From Euprymna scolopes (lineage: Eukaryota): 64,000 bases of DNA. The translations under genes were made by a program, and so were the position numbers. Below are positions 12,372-26,960 of the stretch, one piece after another (within the stretch, counting starts at the first letter, position 1; every line of letters begins with the position of its first letter). Where the stretch lies: NCBI GenBank assembly GCA_053919585.1, contig CM132785.1. One strand, 5' to 3'. The notes below the pieces were generated by a model, which did no database searches, was not told the DNA's origin, and worked only from the letters and a program-made list of their open reading frames with translations.

Positions 12372-15300
12372 AATATTATAACCACAAAAATGAAATGAGG
12401 CAAATGGTTTACGTTGACCAACATAACGTTCTTATAAAATTGTTATTTCTTTGCCTACGCTGTGTACAAATGAGATGGCTTGCTTTCATACGCCTACTTT
12501 ACTCTCCTTTTTCGATTTGTCGGCTACTTTTATATCTGCATAAGCGTTTTTTATTTCGCTGATGTCATTTCACGAGCATCATCCACCGGGCTTCAATAAT
12601 CTCGGCGTATCTTTGAAAGCATATTGTGGCGGTTTTGTAAGAGAGTTCTACTTGAAAAAAACATTGCTACCATCTGGTCGGGCAGATAAGGGCAAGCTGC
12701 ATCATCTTAAATGATGATGCATTCATCACAAATAAAAACAACTATCTTTATGTTGACATCCATTCAGTTACTGTCAGTTAAGTATTTTGAAACTGTATTG
12801 GACAAGAGAGACAGATTTTGGATTGAATTACATCATCAATATATTATATACACATTTATTTATAGGAATATTATTTACAGTCGTTTCATGCTCATACAGT
12901 TCATATAATAAAAATGCGAAAAAAGCGCGCCTTAAAAATGATACTTCTAGGAGATCTGGGAATTTAGTTACATGACAGGTGTTTCTCATGGAATGCGCCC
13001 CAAAAGGCGTGACTGTACTTGATATACGATCCAAACTAATACGAAATATTATTATCGAAAAAAAAAACCCAGGATAATCTATTGCAAAGACTATGGCTAT
13101 AATTAGAAAAAAATCGAAAAGGTCCACTAGACTGTATTTCCTAGAAAAGAATGCTGTCAGAAAAGGAAGGTTTATTGCAATAATATATCAAACGACCAAA
13201 ATGTTCAGGATCAAAGAGCTCGAGAAAATGAGGTAGGGGAAAGAGCAGACAAATTTGAAGAACATATGTCATAATAGTATTAGCTAAAAACAACCAAATC
13301 TGTGATGGAGTCAATCCATCTGTGATGGAGTCAACAGTACTAGCAACATGACATCTGTGATGAAGTCAATCAAATTACTGATACATTAATCCACCTTCTT
13401 AATAGCCCTTCTATTGGAAAATATTAACAATAAAACTAGTGTTCCCAATACTCATCTCTATCGATCAGTTATCTTAAACTTTAAAATGCTAAAACGCAGT
13501 AAATCCAGCTATCTTAAAAATGGAACATTTTAGATTAAAATAAATGATTTTTAATTATTTAGTTTGGAAAGAGTTTTCTTTTAATCATCTAAGACAAAAA
13601 AAGATTAAATATGATACAAAATATTATATTTTTTCATCGAAGTCCAATCGCAATAAGTCTGTCTGCTATTCATATATTGATGGGTAATTCATTGTAATTC
13701 TCTCTCGTAATATTGTTTGATAATAAAGTCGGACAATACCGAGTCTCAAAACAATAGCAAGCAGAACATAAAAAAAAACCAGCCTCTAAGAAGGAAAATA
13801 GTTACAGTTAAGCCAAAAACGTTCTGGTTTTTGACTCGGCCCAAAACAAAGAAAAAATAACTTTGGACAAACTGTTTGGCTAATAAATTAATGGTATACT
13901 GAAGTATAGTATTAAAATATTGTTTTGGTTTGGCTTTGGGGGACGATGACCTTGGGCCATCATTTATAGACCTCGCAAGTGTGAGAAACTACTCAATGGA
14001 ACATTAACCACGAAGAAAACTTACGTAATGTGTTTTTAATTGCAGGAACAATCATCAAGTCCGGTGGTATGACTCACGGATCTAATCTAATCATAATGTG
14101 GGCATGTGTCACTTTTTTGACTTAAGAATATGGTTATATTCATATAGTGAACTCTTCGTGCTAGGAGAGAAGGAAGCAGAGGACATCAAGCACTCCCGGT
14201 CCTCAGGCGGATCGATCATGGCTAAACTATTGTAATTTGTGAGCTATTTGGGTAAACAATATAGCTGTGAACTTTTGTGTGGGTGTACATTGATTACGTA
14301 TACACCTGGATGTAACTTTTATACAGATAAACACCCGGTAATGTCCTTGTTGGATTTTAGTTCTTAAACACTAAGTTTGAGGTGCGACTAGTACGGCACG
14401 GACAATTGCCCAATCATCTTCTAGTGGTAGTTGATTTCGATAGAAGCGTGAAGAAAATAACATGCCCTGAACCGACCAACACCCTTAGTATAAGAAAAAC
14501 ATGCGGTTGTTGTTTTTTAGAGTAATGATTAGGCTGCAATCCAGTCTAGAGTTGAGTTCTACTTGAGTTGCAGTTGAGGGAGCCTAGAGGTTACGAAAAT
14601 GTGGCATAACGTAGATCAGTTCCCCACAAAAATTCAGAGAATAATCTTCAAGAGGAAATAGCAGCTCGGAAACTAAAAATATTGAAAAAAAGGCATTATA
14701 CATAGTCATCAGTTGACCCAAGAAAGATCAAATGCGTTTAATCAGGTTCATAGAAAACTCCTGTTAAGAAAAGAAAAGACCAAGTTCAAACTTTATTCAT
14801 TTAAAAGGCGTAGGAAATAAGCAACCCATTGGTGCCTTCTAAACAGTGACGACTGCTATAGACATTCATCTGGACAAACGATAATACGGGAGAGAAAAAA
14901 TAATAACGCTCGCACAAGGCTTGCTACGTGACTACGTTAGTACGTTCAATCTGTTCTCTTTTCTATTTGTTACATTTTTCTATTATTATCCATTGTTAGA
15001 GTATCGCAAATTAGATCTGTACAACCTGTTATTATTTATTTTTAATATATGGTTGAAAATTCAAAACAAAGCCTCGTGTTATTGAATTGTAGTTATATCA
15101 ATTTAACTTTCACCTCCGCTGAGAAGAGCGATCGAACGCAATTTTCGTTTCTTTTACCCCGTCTATCACATTACGTCTATCTATTACCTCTTGCTGGGAA
15201 TGTGGAGCGAATACCTTCCATGGTAAGTACAGCGGCTTTATTGACTTGCAGATCGTGGAGTATCAAAACGCTAGAAGTCTTTTAACCAAAATGTTAGAAC

Positions 15301-16767
15301 AGTTATATTACACGCGGCCTAACTGTATAACTGTTAGGAATGTTGTAACCGCAGCTTATTCTCAATCTTATTGCACGGCCTGCCACCTGTTACCTACTAT
15401 GGCTTGTTGACACAGTACGTTTCATAATGAATCGACATGGTCCATTTCGAAAGCAAGTTTTAAAAACATCATCACCTGTTATTGTTAACTTGCAATTAAA
15501 AATATAATTTTTAAATTTCAAGGTGGCCGTTTCTGTGAAAATAACTATAGTTTATATGACTTGTTTTAGCATTCAGCTGTTTCTATCATAACCTTTTAAT
15601 TTTTAATTATCCTCTTCTTCTTCTAATTATTATTTTTATTATCATTGATATGCTTCATATAAAACGCTTTATCGAAGCTCTATTATAACAAGTATTCCTG
15701 TCAAATACATTTCCACAGGAGTTGGGGGAGAGACAATTGCCATCTCCCGGTTCCTAGCAAGAGTCAAACGGAATCAACATTTGAGTTGACATTTTTCGTC
15801 AACAATCGATTTTTTTATAGCCAATTGATATTTTCTCATCGCTGGAAAACCGATATGAACCAAACATTAGTTGAGTTCCCATTTTTGCTTGAGTTTTGTG
15901 TTCAATCTAACATCCGGCATCCATCCATCCTGATATCTACTAATGTACTTTTAGCTAATTTAACCAGGGCCCGTAGGAATTATCGCAATTAGCTGACGGC
16001 TTTAGTCCCTCCTCGCTTAACCATGCGTGTTATCTCCCGGGACTAGCTACATCCATGAGACTGGCTTTTCACTTTAACGACAGCGTCATATTCAATAATA
16101 CTGAGCTATATTCCACGGAGTGCCATATCATGATTGTACCAAAAATATGTGTTGAATGAATAATTTCACAAAATAGATCTGTTAACTGACCACCTCATTC
16201 CTGCGATTTAATTTTTTAGATTACATTATAATACATACGCTGATAAAACAGATACACTATACAATTAGAAGACAACATTTAATACGTTTTTGCCGAAGTA
16301 TAGCATAATTAAATGAGTATTTTAGTGAAAATTGGACCTTTAAATTACGCCATAATCGCGCGAGCCACGTATGCCATATGTGCGAAATTTTACTTAAATT
16401 GCAAATGCCAACTAACAATCTTTGTAATAAAAACTTTTTTTTACAAAGGTTCACCGGAGGCCACTCGGAGATCAAGGTTAATTTGCATATGGTAGTCATT
16501 AAGACAGCAACGTAGTGATCTCTTGCGGTGCGAATTTATTATTAGATTATTTACGAAACCGGTTCAATAAAATCTTGTTTGCGTAAAACCTGACGACGAC
16601 AATATTGTAATCAGCTAGAAACAGACCGAAGGAACTAAATTCCACTGGCGGATATTTCTGGGAAAGACACTTTGTTCATGGAATCTAGATTAAGGGAATT
16701 TGTTGATATTTAATTTGACTAGGAGAATGTTCTTTATGAATGGTTGCCGAGGAGAAACTATAGATGT

Positions 16768-16960
16768 TAGCTCAGTCTAACACTTGCCAAGAAAATACCG
16801 ATAGAGCAGAGAAAGGCTCGAAACGTCTTTTCTGTGGCAAAAGAGGTTGCAGAGAAGAAAAAAACGCATCACCTACTACGAAGTTGATTTGGATCTGTGT
16901 AAAAGCAGTATAGAACTGCGATCAGCCTCATTCCCAGATGAAGCAACAGTCGATTATCCT
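16768..16960 (-). mobile_element. CR1 family A fragment, old
   Basis: AGGCTCGAAACGTCTTTTCTGTGG..AGAGGTTGCAG matches 28932-28969. Confidence 0.7.
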
Positions 16961-18083
16961 ATTACGCACTTGGCTCTTCCACATGTAAGAACATTGCATC
17001 GACAGTGAGATGCAGACTGGAGCGGTAAATAAATTATTTTTCTGTCAAATAATTTTATTTAATTTTTACCGCGTAAAAGAACACCATTTGCAAAAAAAGG
17101 TAACAAAATAAACATAAAAGCAAGAACGCCCCATAAAATAAATGAAAACGGAAACTGAAAAGAATCGTACACATGGTGTAGGCAGGAGATTATACCATGC
17201 AAACATCATGAAGGGTTAAGAGAGATGGAAGGATGAAGGAGTGTAAACATTAATAACACGTTTAATTGATAAGTGCGAACGATACTAGTACCTTAGGGAG
17301 GTTTATTTCCACTAATTCCATTCACAACCTATGCTCATTGTTAATTGGAAGTCAATAGTAAGCGACCGCTGCGATAACGCAATGACTTTGCAAAAGTTAT
17401 TTAACGAGGTGAGGAGTACTGAGAATCTGACGATCTTTCTTGTTAAGCAGACTCCAAGAAACACCGTTGAGTATTTTAACTAACTAATCTCTAGTTTCTA
17501 ACTCGTGTAAGATATTTTCAGTAATTAATCTTAATTTCAAACTTGTTTTTGAATTTTTAATGAAAATAAATATTAAAGTAAGACACATGACAATTTCTTT
17601 AATTCACTGGTTAGGATGAAAGATTTTAGAGACACGATTGTTTAGGCTAAAGAATTTTGCTATTTACGATACGTTAACTTTGTCTACAAAGTGAGTTGGT
17701 TGTTACGAGATATTGATTGGTTTCTGGCAATACGACAAAGTGGATTCTCAAGCCAAGAAGAATGTTTGAATGGTGTTGCATAATCGCTAGGCGCTAAGGC
17801 TGACATATTATAATTCCTTTTGTTTCGTTTCTACCGGAAGTAATATTGTTGGAGAAAAATGATGATTTTCCAGTTGCGCATAATCATCCATTAGCGAATT
17901 TCGAAATTGTCTACTAGGGAGGAGGAGCAGTTACGTTATTATTGTACTCATCAGATTTTTGCCATTTAAAACTGTTTTTATTCAGTTAGATAAATTGCTA
18001 TCGATTAATCACACAAATTAATTTTGCAGTGCAAACAAACGGATATGCATTTTTAAAAATTATTTTCAATATTAAATATCTGG

Positions 18084-18257
18084 ATGAAATTATATTAAAA
18101 ATTATGTCTAGAATTATGTTTATTATAATATAATTATAAATATGAAATTATATTAAACATTTTGTCAAGAATTATATTCATTATAATATAAGTATTAATA
18201 TTAAATTATAATAAACATTGTGTCTATAATTATGGTAAATTAGTAAAATAAGATTTT
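18084..18257. repeat. AT-rich 58-bp tandem repeat, ~3 copies
   Basis: ATGAAATTATATTAAA-type unit starts at 18084, 18142 and 18200. Confidence 0.75.
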
Positions 18258-18547
18258 TAAAATTATCAAAAATAAAAATTAAGAAAAACCTTAATTAATT
18301 CGATTTCAATAACAGACGATCCAAATGTATAAAAATATGAAATAAAAATGGAGGTTGTAAACATATTAACACATCCAAAATTTCTGCAAAACTCGCTGCA
18401 AATAAGATTAAACATTATCTATAATATAGCCTTGGTCAGGAGTAATAAAAGGAGAACGAAATAAATAATACAAATGGATTTTTGGTTAATAGGCTATCAT
18501 AATTCGATGTTTGGAGCGTATTGACAAATTGGAAACCTTGTCCTTAA

Positions 18548-18630
18548 ACACACACATACGCACATGAATATATACACCTACATACACGCATACACATACA
18601 CATACCCATCTATTTATCCCTCTATCTATC

Positions 18631-18704
<74 letters not shown>
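18548..18704. repeat. Compound microsatellite: CA-rich tract, then (TC)n(TA)10(GA)12
   Basis: Read directly. Confidence 0.95.
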
Positions 18705-18872
18705 TGTAAGTAAAACTATAAAAAAAGAAATGAAGTTAAACGACTTCAGATTGTCAAAATTTAACTTAATTCTGTATAGGCTTACAGATATATACATATA
18801 CTAGTAGGGGGCTGGCGTTGTCTTTGCGTGAAGTTTAAATGCAAAATCGAATATCACCGTTGAATTGTGCTC

Positions 18873-19003
18873 NNNNNNNNNNNNNNNNNNNNNNNNNNNN
18901 NNNNNNNNNNNNNNNNNNNNNNNNNNNNNNNNNNNNNNNNNNNNNNNNNNNNNNNNNNNNNNNNNNNNNNNNNNNNNNNNNNNNNNNNNNNNNNNNNNNN
19001 NNN
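18873..19003. other. Assembly gap (131 N)
   Basis: Run of N. Confidence 1.
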
Positions 19004-19205
19004 AATTAGAACAGTTTATCGTAATTTTACATCAATATCTCTAGAAAATGTTCTGTCAGAGGATCAGATATAAGTACATTGCCAGAAGACTTGTAAAAGA
19101 AAAAAGAAATCAACAAACAACATAATAAATGTATTATCGTGTAATAAGGTGACTGTATATCACATTCAATTAAAGGTTGCAAGTCAACATATATTATACA
19201 CACAT

Positions 19206-19260
<55 letters not shown>

Positions 19261-19310
19261 CATATATATATATATATACTAAAATAAAATGTATAAATAT
19301 ATACATATAT

Positions 19311-20420
19311 TCGCATGAACCCTTTTATTGATAGTACACACATGTAATTCTAATCCTTTCGAAATAATCTCCTCCGACTTCAGTGCATTAGTTGTACCGT
19401 TCAAAAATATCTAGAAGGTCCCATGGAGTCTACTGCTATCTACTCAGTTGACTAATCCCCACAGCTCTTACCTTCTCCTTGGGCTTACAGTATTACCAAA
19501 AGTTACAGGGATCAACTACTGGACTATAGGAAGGGTTAGGAACCAACTAGGTGCATATCAGCATTTTCAAATCCTAGCGAATAAATGTGTGTACAGTTCG
19601 ACACTGACATTAAATTGTGCACGTATTCTCGCTATAGACACATGACGGTACTTATCTATAAAATATTTTATTTGGCCAATCAATTTTAGTGATCTGACAT
19701 TCTTACTTCTCCCACATCTCTAATCATACGCCACTGACTTTCTGTCATCATTGAATATGTAATGCTACAAAAATAACTAATCCTTGATTCAAGCAAGATT
19801 GTCTAAAAGCAGTCAGAAGTATTCGATACGTTTTTGTTGCATTTTTTACGAATTTAAAACAGAATTTTATTGCATAGCTTCTCCTAAATTGTCCACGCGT
19901 ACAGATTGTATTTTTGGAATTCACCAGGTGCAACAATCAGGCTTTATTCAGATAGATCCCCATTTCTACTGTACTGTTTATTTAAACGAGGAATCATTAA
20001 AAATGTAATTTCATAATCTGTATAGCTATATGAAGAAGAATATTATATTTCCAGTTCTTCCGCCCTACTGCCCTCTTTTTCCTGACCACGATTTGCGATA
20101 CTGATTATTTCCCTTCTCCACCTTCTTCCTGAAACGAACAACACGAAATCTCTCTCACGGACCGAATCAAATGAAAATAAATATTGCTGCCACAAAGGGA
20201 ACCCCACGTCTTTTATATCTGCGGAGACGCAAACTCATGCAAATGAGTACAAACCGGATTTCCTGTAGCATCACATAGGGGCAATGTTATTTGTGCATTG
20301 GACGTGATAGCATTTGGCTCGTCATACATTGTCTACACTATAGCATACTAAATTTTCAAGAGACAACGACAATTGTAAATGCTGTACAAAAAAGTCTAGA
20401 AACTTATTGTATGCGCCCTG
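19311..20420 (-). mobile_element. Degraded mariner-type element
   Basis: N-terminal HTH peptide YAIKFCFKFVKNATKTYRILLTAF (ORF 19748-19936); TIR-like end AAAAAGTCTAGAAACTTATTGTATGCGCCCTG|TA at 20420; left TIR eroded next to (CA)n(TA)n. Confidence 0.75.
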
Positions 20421-21767
20421 TAGCTGAAAGGGCAGTAATAAGGTAATATTGTCTAGACTTCAGTATAGAAATGCCAGCTTTTTTTAGCATAGTATTACAT
20501 TTTTTATAGAATAGCATTGCCATGAAAGAAAACAGAACTGCTTCCCGATCAGATATTCGACACGCACACTCTATGACGTGCAAAATAATTCCTTCACTTG
20601 GACAGCAAAAGCACTATGACGGAAAAAAAGAAAACTAATTCATTTTATTAACGAGAAATACACATTTTATAAATTGAGCTAACCCAGGAGTATATTTTAT
20701 GAACTGAGTCAAACGGTTTGAACAGTTTCACGAAAATTCTGCAATGCCGGCTCGTTCATGATAATCGTAACCTAATCCGGCATAATCAGCACATTCATTA
20801 CATATGTTATTTAATATAGAAATTGGCGTCACGTAAAGATTGTATCGACACTTAAGAAATCATTCGTGATCTCCTATTGGGATGTGGCGGGAGCTAAATG
20901 GTTAACGCAACAAACTAAAACCCTGTATGAACACCGTTCGAATCCAGCCTGTTCCATTAAAGTATTTTCTCTTAGAATGTTGGCAACGTTTATGTGGTTC
21001 CTCTTATAAAATTCCAATCTATTTCTCGAAATAATTTTAACTTTACAGTGTTAAGGAGGCCAATGTCAATAATTTAATCATCTGATTAATAAGAAATCAA
21101 TAAATGAAAATATCGCCGGCTTAAAATCCTCGTTTACACGTTTCGAATAAATGTTATAAGATTAACAGGTCGATAATGTAAATTTTCTTTCTTCTTCTTT
21201 AAAATGCTTAAACAAGATAAACGGCCGCTTATTTCCAATCACAAATCAGGATATTTTTTATAAGAGTGATGGAAAACGCTTATTAAATTACGCGGCACGA
21301 TGGGAGAGGAACTTGAAGCACTTCTATATACTTATCATCAGGGCAACGTCTTCAGCACAGCTAGAATATTTTTACTGTATCAACTGATACTTTTTTTTCA
21401 TTATCGTATGATATTACTTGGGCATATATAATTTCTGGCTCTTATGCATCCATATTGCGATAGATCTAAGAAAATATGTATAAAATCGATCGGGAATTAG
21501 GTATCGGTAATAATCTTGTCGTATGCGTCTCTGGCTACAAAAAAAAATGAAGAAGCGCATATTTATGTGGTCTGTAACAATAGGCAAGTGATTAAAATAG
21601 ATATAGAAATATAATATTGCATGGCATCAATTGCTCCTATAACTTATATATTTAGAAATAACTTCGTCTTCAGTATCCACAGTCTTCACGTATTTATATC
21701 TGTTTGGCGTAAAATATTTCAGGGATTGATGTAGGCGTGTTTTATGGTTGAGCCACGTTACGAGAAG

Positions 21768-21960
21768 CTGATGCGGTCAAATCGAAATCGATGCCCCGTT
21801 GTTTATTGCAATTTCATTTTATCATGTCTGCTTATTTAATCGAAATAATATTCTAAGGTCGACATTTATTGATTGGTTACTGAGAAATATACACGATGGC
21901 GACTACAACATTTGTATATGAAAGTTAAGCAAATTAATATGTGTTCTCTTGCTCTCATTC
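21768..21960 (+). repeat. Unclassified dispersed repeat, copy 1 (second copy 25030-25205)
   Basis: Both copies share CTGATGCGG-CAAA...AATCGATG..TGTTTATTGC-ATTT-ATTT...TTTATTGATT-GTTA. Confidence 0.65.
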
Positions 21961-22340
21961 GCATTTGACGCTATAATATAATTTTCTTTTACAGACAACA
22001 AAGGAAAAAGTTATTATTGGATCTGTGTTATTTTGAATCTCAGATAAGTTTTCTTAAAGTCCCAAACTGTTTAACCTTTTAAACTCTGGCGGTTCTTATA
22101 ATATCCAATCATATTTCTAATTTTATTTGTTCGTCAATTTAATTACAAACGAGTTAAAATAAATTCATAGTTGATCTCTTGAAGTCCACACCCACTGTAA
22201 CCGGTCAAATATTTGATGGCGTTGCATTGGTTGCTTAAAATATCGATCTTAATGTATAAATTTATAAGTTTTCAAGCCTATTTCTGTGAGTATGCCCCTC
22301 CATCGTACACATATCTATTGCACAACTCATGAAAGTATTT

Positions 22341-23013
22341 AATTCAACACCTGATCTTAAATGGAACACCCACATAAAATCCGTTGCCAAGGCTGCTGGA
22401 AAAATGTTGGGATCCTTTTATCGATCCAGTAGACATATCACTGCTGATGCAATTCTCTATCTATATAAGAGCCAGGTACGTCCAAGAATGTAGTACTGTT
22501 GTCACATTTGAGCAGGAGATGCTAGAAAGGACTTATCCTGCCTTGATAGAATTCAAAATAAACTTCGCAGCCTCGTAGGAGATGTCCTTTCATCTTCTCT
22601 GCAACCTCTTTCTCACAGAAGCTATGTTGCGAGTTTATCTCTGCTTTATCGTTATTTTCATGGCCGTTGCTCGGCTGAGCTCCAATTTATGGTCCGCCTT
22701 CGCCAAACTTTCACAAGAAACACCCGCAGAAAACACTATCACTAATTTCCCCCACTTTTTATCTGTGCCTAAACCAAAACGCAGATTCCATGAGCAAAGC
22801 TTATTTCTTAGAACTGCACGCTTATGGAATTGTATTTCGTTTTCCTGCTTTCCGGCTGACTACAATATGGTTGTATTCAAGTCTAACGTAAACAAATTTT
22901 TGATGAGCCGTTCTATATAAGTTAATACATTTACTGAATTTCTATTACTAACGGTTACTATATTGTCCAATTTCTACTGTACACTCTTTAACCCTTATTC
23001 TCGAGTGGCCTCT
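22341..23013 (+). mobile_element. CR1 family A 3' fragment
   Basis: ORFs 22384-22578 and 22582-22920 (FLRTARLWNCI...FKSNVNKFL); 3' UTR nearly identical to 6840-6965. Confidence 0.9.
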
Positions 23014-24793
23014 TTTCAGGTGTATTATATTTAACAGGGATCATTTTGCAATAAATTCTATCATTATCGACGTTACACACATGTGTGTAATTCACATATC
23101 TTAACTATTTGCTAATTCTTCATTTTATCCATTTTTCCGAAGAAAAATCCCGTGTTAATATTAAGATTTGCAAATCTTACATAATATTTGATTTTTTGTC
23201 GGGAAATATACAATCCTAAGTTCTATTAATATGTAATTTTTAACTACAATACGGTTGTATTCAAAGTCATTTCATCACTAAGCCATGCTGAAATAACTCG
23301 ACTCTTTCTGAGAAAATCCCCTTTAATTATAATCTCACCATCATTTTCTAGCATGTATTGTACAATTCGCATTTGCTCCCAAGGTTCACACACCTAGGTG
23401 GAAGTATAGAAGCTTGTACAAATAAGTAACGTCGAATAAAACGAAACATAATTTTACTTTATAATTTTGTATGTTACTGGTTGTGATACTTAAGTATTCC
23501 AATATTACTTCAGATGACTTCCGTAAATCTAATAGCATGATACATGTTTTAAATAACAATGACCTGAGTGTCCTTATCCCTCATTTACAAGAGGTAAAAC
23601 TGGTCAGTTGGTCACAGACAAGGATTGATGACGCTCTGTTCCACGTACGAATTCTGTGCGATTAACAAAATTATTTTCACTTTGTTGTTGGCAAACTTCA
23701 CCTCTTTTCACCTGTATGTACGTGATATCTTTTTAGAAAGAAATACAACTAGAAAAATATCCGGTAAATCAATGCCAACAATACAATCTTTGCATTTATA
23801 CGATGTGATGATCAATAATGATGCGCATACATTCAAAATCTATAGAATAAAACGCGCCTTAAGCATAAAAGGCTCGTGTTAATTTGTAGTTTTCGTTTTT
23901 AGATTATAATATGCATCAGTTGCTTACACATATTTTACCAGTTTACTACAGAAAGTAGCCGGAAAATAGGCTGAGCCTTACGTGTCTTTATAGTTCAGCT
24001 TATTTTATTACCTTAACATTGGCATGTATATATTTCTAATCTAAACTATTTCATTTAAATATACATCGAATACTTGAAAATATAATAAAAGTCTTTACGT
24101 TATTCTATATTTCTTATACTAATTACGAATAAATAGTTCAGGCAACATTTATTCACCAGCAGTAGCGAAATACTTATAAATATCTTTCGAAATATGAAAT
24201 GCCTACTTTTATATTCATGAATGGCAAAATAACCTAAGTTTTCTCTAATATTTAGTTAACTTTAACACTAATACATCGGTGCTAATCTGAATTATGGGCA
24301 TGCGTGTGTAGATGTGCTAGATTAAACAGTGAGTGACAAGAAAAAAGCCGCTAAAATAGTAAGGACCATAAAAAGCGGGAAATAAAACGATTGAAAAACA
24401 AAAGAAAAATATTTTATTTAGATTAATGTCTCGTTGACCTAATAATCGTAGACAAGTTTTCAATTAGGTGTGTTGTCTATTATGTTATATTAAAACTTCC
24501 AAAGAACGTTCATAAGAAGCGACTCTTTGTAAATGAAAAAGTGTTAAATATTAAATGTGTATGAACAAAAAAGATGACAAATGATAGGTGTATGAACAAC
24601 AAAGATACAATGGGCGATATTAAGACTAATAATCATTAGGGAGAAGACATGTCAGAAAAAATAAACAAAATTACACGTCACGTACTAAACAATATTTAAC
24701 CCTCGGTTTCAAGAGACACGCATTAGTCTGTCAGGGCGTCCACGTAATAATCATCATAATCTCCATCGCCACCGCTAAAGGCACCGCTAAAGG

Positions 24794-24811
24794 CACCACC
24801 ACCACCAACGC

Positions 24812-24845
<34 letters not shown>

Positions 24846-24871
24846 ATCATCATCATCATCATCATCATCAT
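24794..24871. repeat. Compound trinucleotide microsatellite (CAC)n(CGC)n(CGT)n(CAT)n
   Basis: Read directly. Confidence 0.95.
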
Positions 24872-25029
24872 TTTTATACTAACTTGTGAAATGTATTATA
24901 AGCGTTAGAAGAGCTTGGAAAATTAAAAATAGATATTTATTGAGAAATCGTTTAATTAAATCGCGAAAACGTCAACATCACTAAGAATTAATGCAGTTTT
25001 TTTTTATATCTACGCTTGATCTATTAAAA

Positions 25030-25205
25030 CTGATGCGGACAAAAAAAATCGATGTCGTGTTTATTGCGATTTTATTTCATTCGTGTCGGCTCATTTAACG
25101 AAATATTTTAGAAAAATCAATGTTTATTGATTTGTTATTTAGAAACATACGATATATAGTGAGTTAAGAAAATAGATATTACGAACACACACTCTCTCTC
25201 TCTCG
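25030..25205 (+). repeat. Unclassified dispersed repeat, copy 2
   Basis: Homologous to 21768-21960. Confidence 0.65.
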
Positions 25206-26899
25206 TACTATTTGTAAATATAAAATTTATTCTTCAAAGAATAATTTTGATCGATGAAATAAACTAAGTCTGTGTAGATGAAAACAAGAAACTGCATTTG
25301 CTATCATTCAATATACGTTTTTTTTTGTCTATTAATGGTTCGCAATTTACAAAAGCCAACACAGAAAACGAGATAGTATAACACGATTAATAAAATGATT
25401 AAGAGCAAGGATTTAATCACTGCATGATAAGCTAGGTTTTTATAGACATTAAGTATAAAGTTTATTATGGAATTGTATGCAGGGAAACATTCTGGCGTTA
25501 CGTGTGTACATTAAAGCCGTTAATGAAAAAGAAACCATGCTCATTGATGTTCAGTTTACTTTAGCTAGCGACCAAAACAAACAATCGAACCAAGTGACAG
25601 GCAAGTTAATTACAAAGATCTTGGGCGAATTCATATTTGTATTTGTTCAGTTTATCTATGCAAATTTTATTGCGCACAAAAGAGTCATCTACATAAATAA
25701 CAATTTCCAAAAAGATGTGATGGTATCTCTAAAATCTCGGAGAAGGCATTCAATCAATTTGGAAAAGTAATAATAAAATTACATCCCATAATATTGAGAG
25801 TATAGTGATCTTCACATGGAATGTTTTGCGATAGCATTAGTTGATTTATAAAAGCAGAACTACATAGATGTTTTGTAAAAGTGATTGATTTCGAAAAAAA
25901 TAGCATACTGTCGTAGACCTATAGGAAAGGCATTAAAGGAGTGCTTGATTGTAGGAGAAAATGGGGCCCATTGTCTGAGCGAGAGTTGTGTGAGCGTCTG
26001 GTGAAGTTTTACGTGTTTCTCTCAACTGAGTGGAAAGATTTTGTGATCGGGTCCTTACATTACCGATATGACCAGGATCAAACGGACAACAGGTGTCATA
26101 CACATTTCTTCCCAGCTACTTACTATTTTTCGTGAGATACGGTAAGTTCAAACATATATCGGCCAACATAACTCTTAAAAAGTATGCAACACGATCTTAT
26201 CATTACCATCAGCTACAAGGAAGAGAATTACTTGTATGTCGAGAATTACTTGTATGTCGAAAAGAAGAAAAGAAACAAAAATAAATAAATTTGACGTGCA
26301 TTTTCTTTCTTTTTTAACACAAATAAATTACCGTTCGTCTTTCCCCCCGTTTTGGCACCATCTGAAAAAGTATCTTGTGGCCACTGAGGAGCCACATGTC
26401 AATCTCAACTGATCGCGGTTTTCTTTCTGTTCCACAACAGGTCGGCCGTCAATAGCCATTTATCGTCTTTGACTTTACACGTTCATCTTTTTAAACCGCA
26501 CTTTGAGCTTCTTTCTGCCATGCGGTGTCTTTATTTTGTCGCACAATAAGCTGCAGCTGATATTTTTTCACGCGCTCATACGCGCTCTGTTATATATGTA
26601 CACGTGGTTGTCATAAAAACCTGGGGTGAGGATACTTCTTCCAACCGATAGTCCCTAACTAAATATTAAAACTTAAACAGTATTCAAACTACAGATAAAT
26701 TGCCTCATACGAGGTGTGCTGCATCTTCTCTAACTGATGATATCGATAGTAGCAATACTTAGCTGGTTACTCAACTAGAGTGCATGCATAATATCTTAAA
26801 TTCAGTAAGAACAAGAGATCAAAAGAAATATATACAAAACAGTTTACTGGGCATTAAGTGAGAGGACAATTTATATCCCTAACTTTTCTAGTAACTTAT

Positions 26900-26960
26900 A
26901 GGGCGAGACTGACTATTTCCTATCTATGTTCCTGAATTTTTCCTACTTCATTTTGCTACA
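26900..26960 (+). repeat. 5' LTR remnant (last 61 bp)
   Basis: 56/61 identical to 34236-34296; ends TTTTGCTACA. Confidence 0.9.

Noticed and set aside
15049-15285. ORF with CCATG|GTAAGT donor-like site as a first exon
   Set aside because: A single splice-like signal, with no recognisable peptide or partner exon.
25950-26168. Possible solo LTR (TGTAGG...CCAACA)
   Set aside because: Imperfect termini, no TSD and no second copy in the window.
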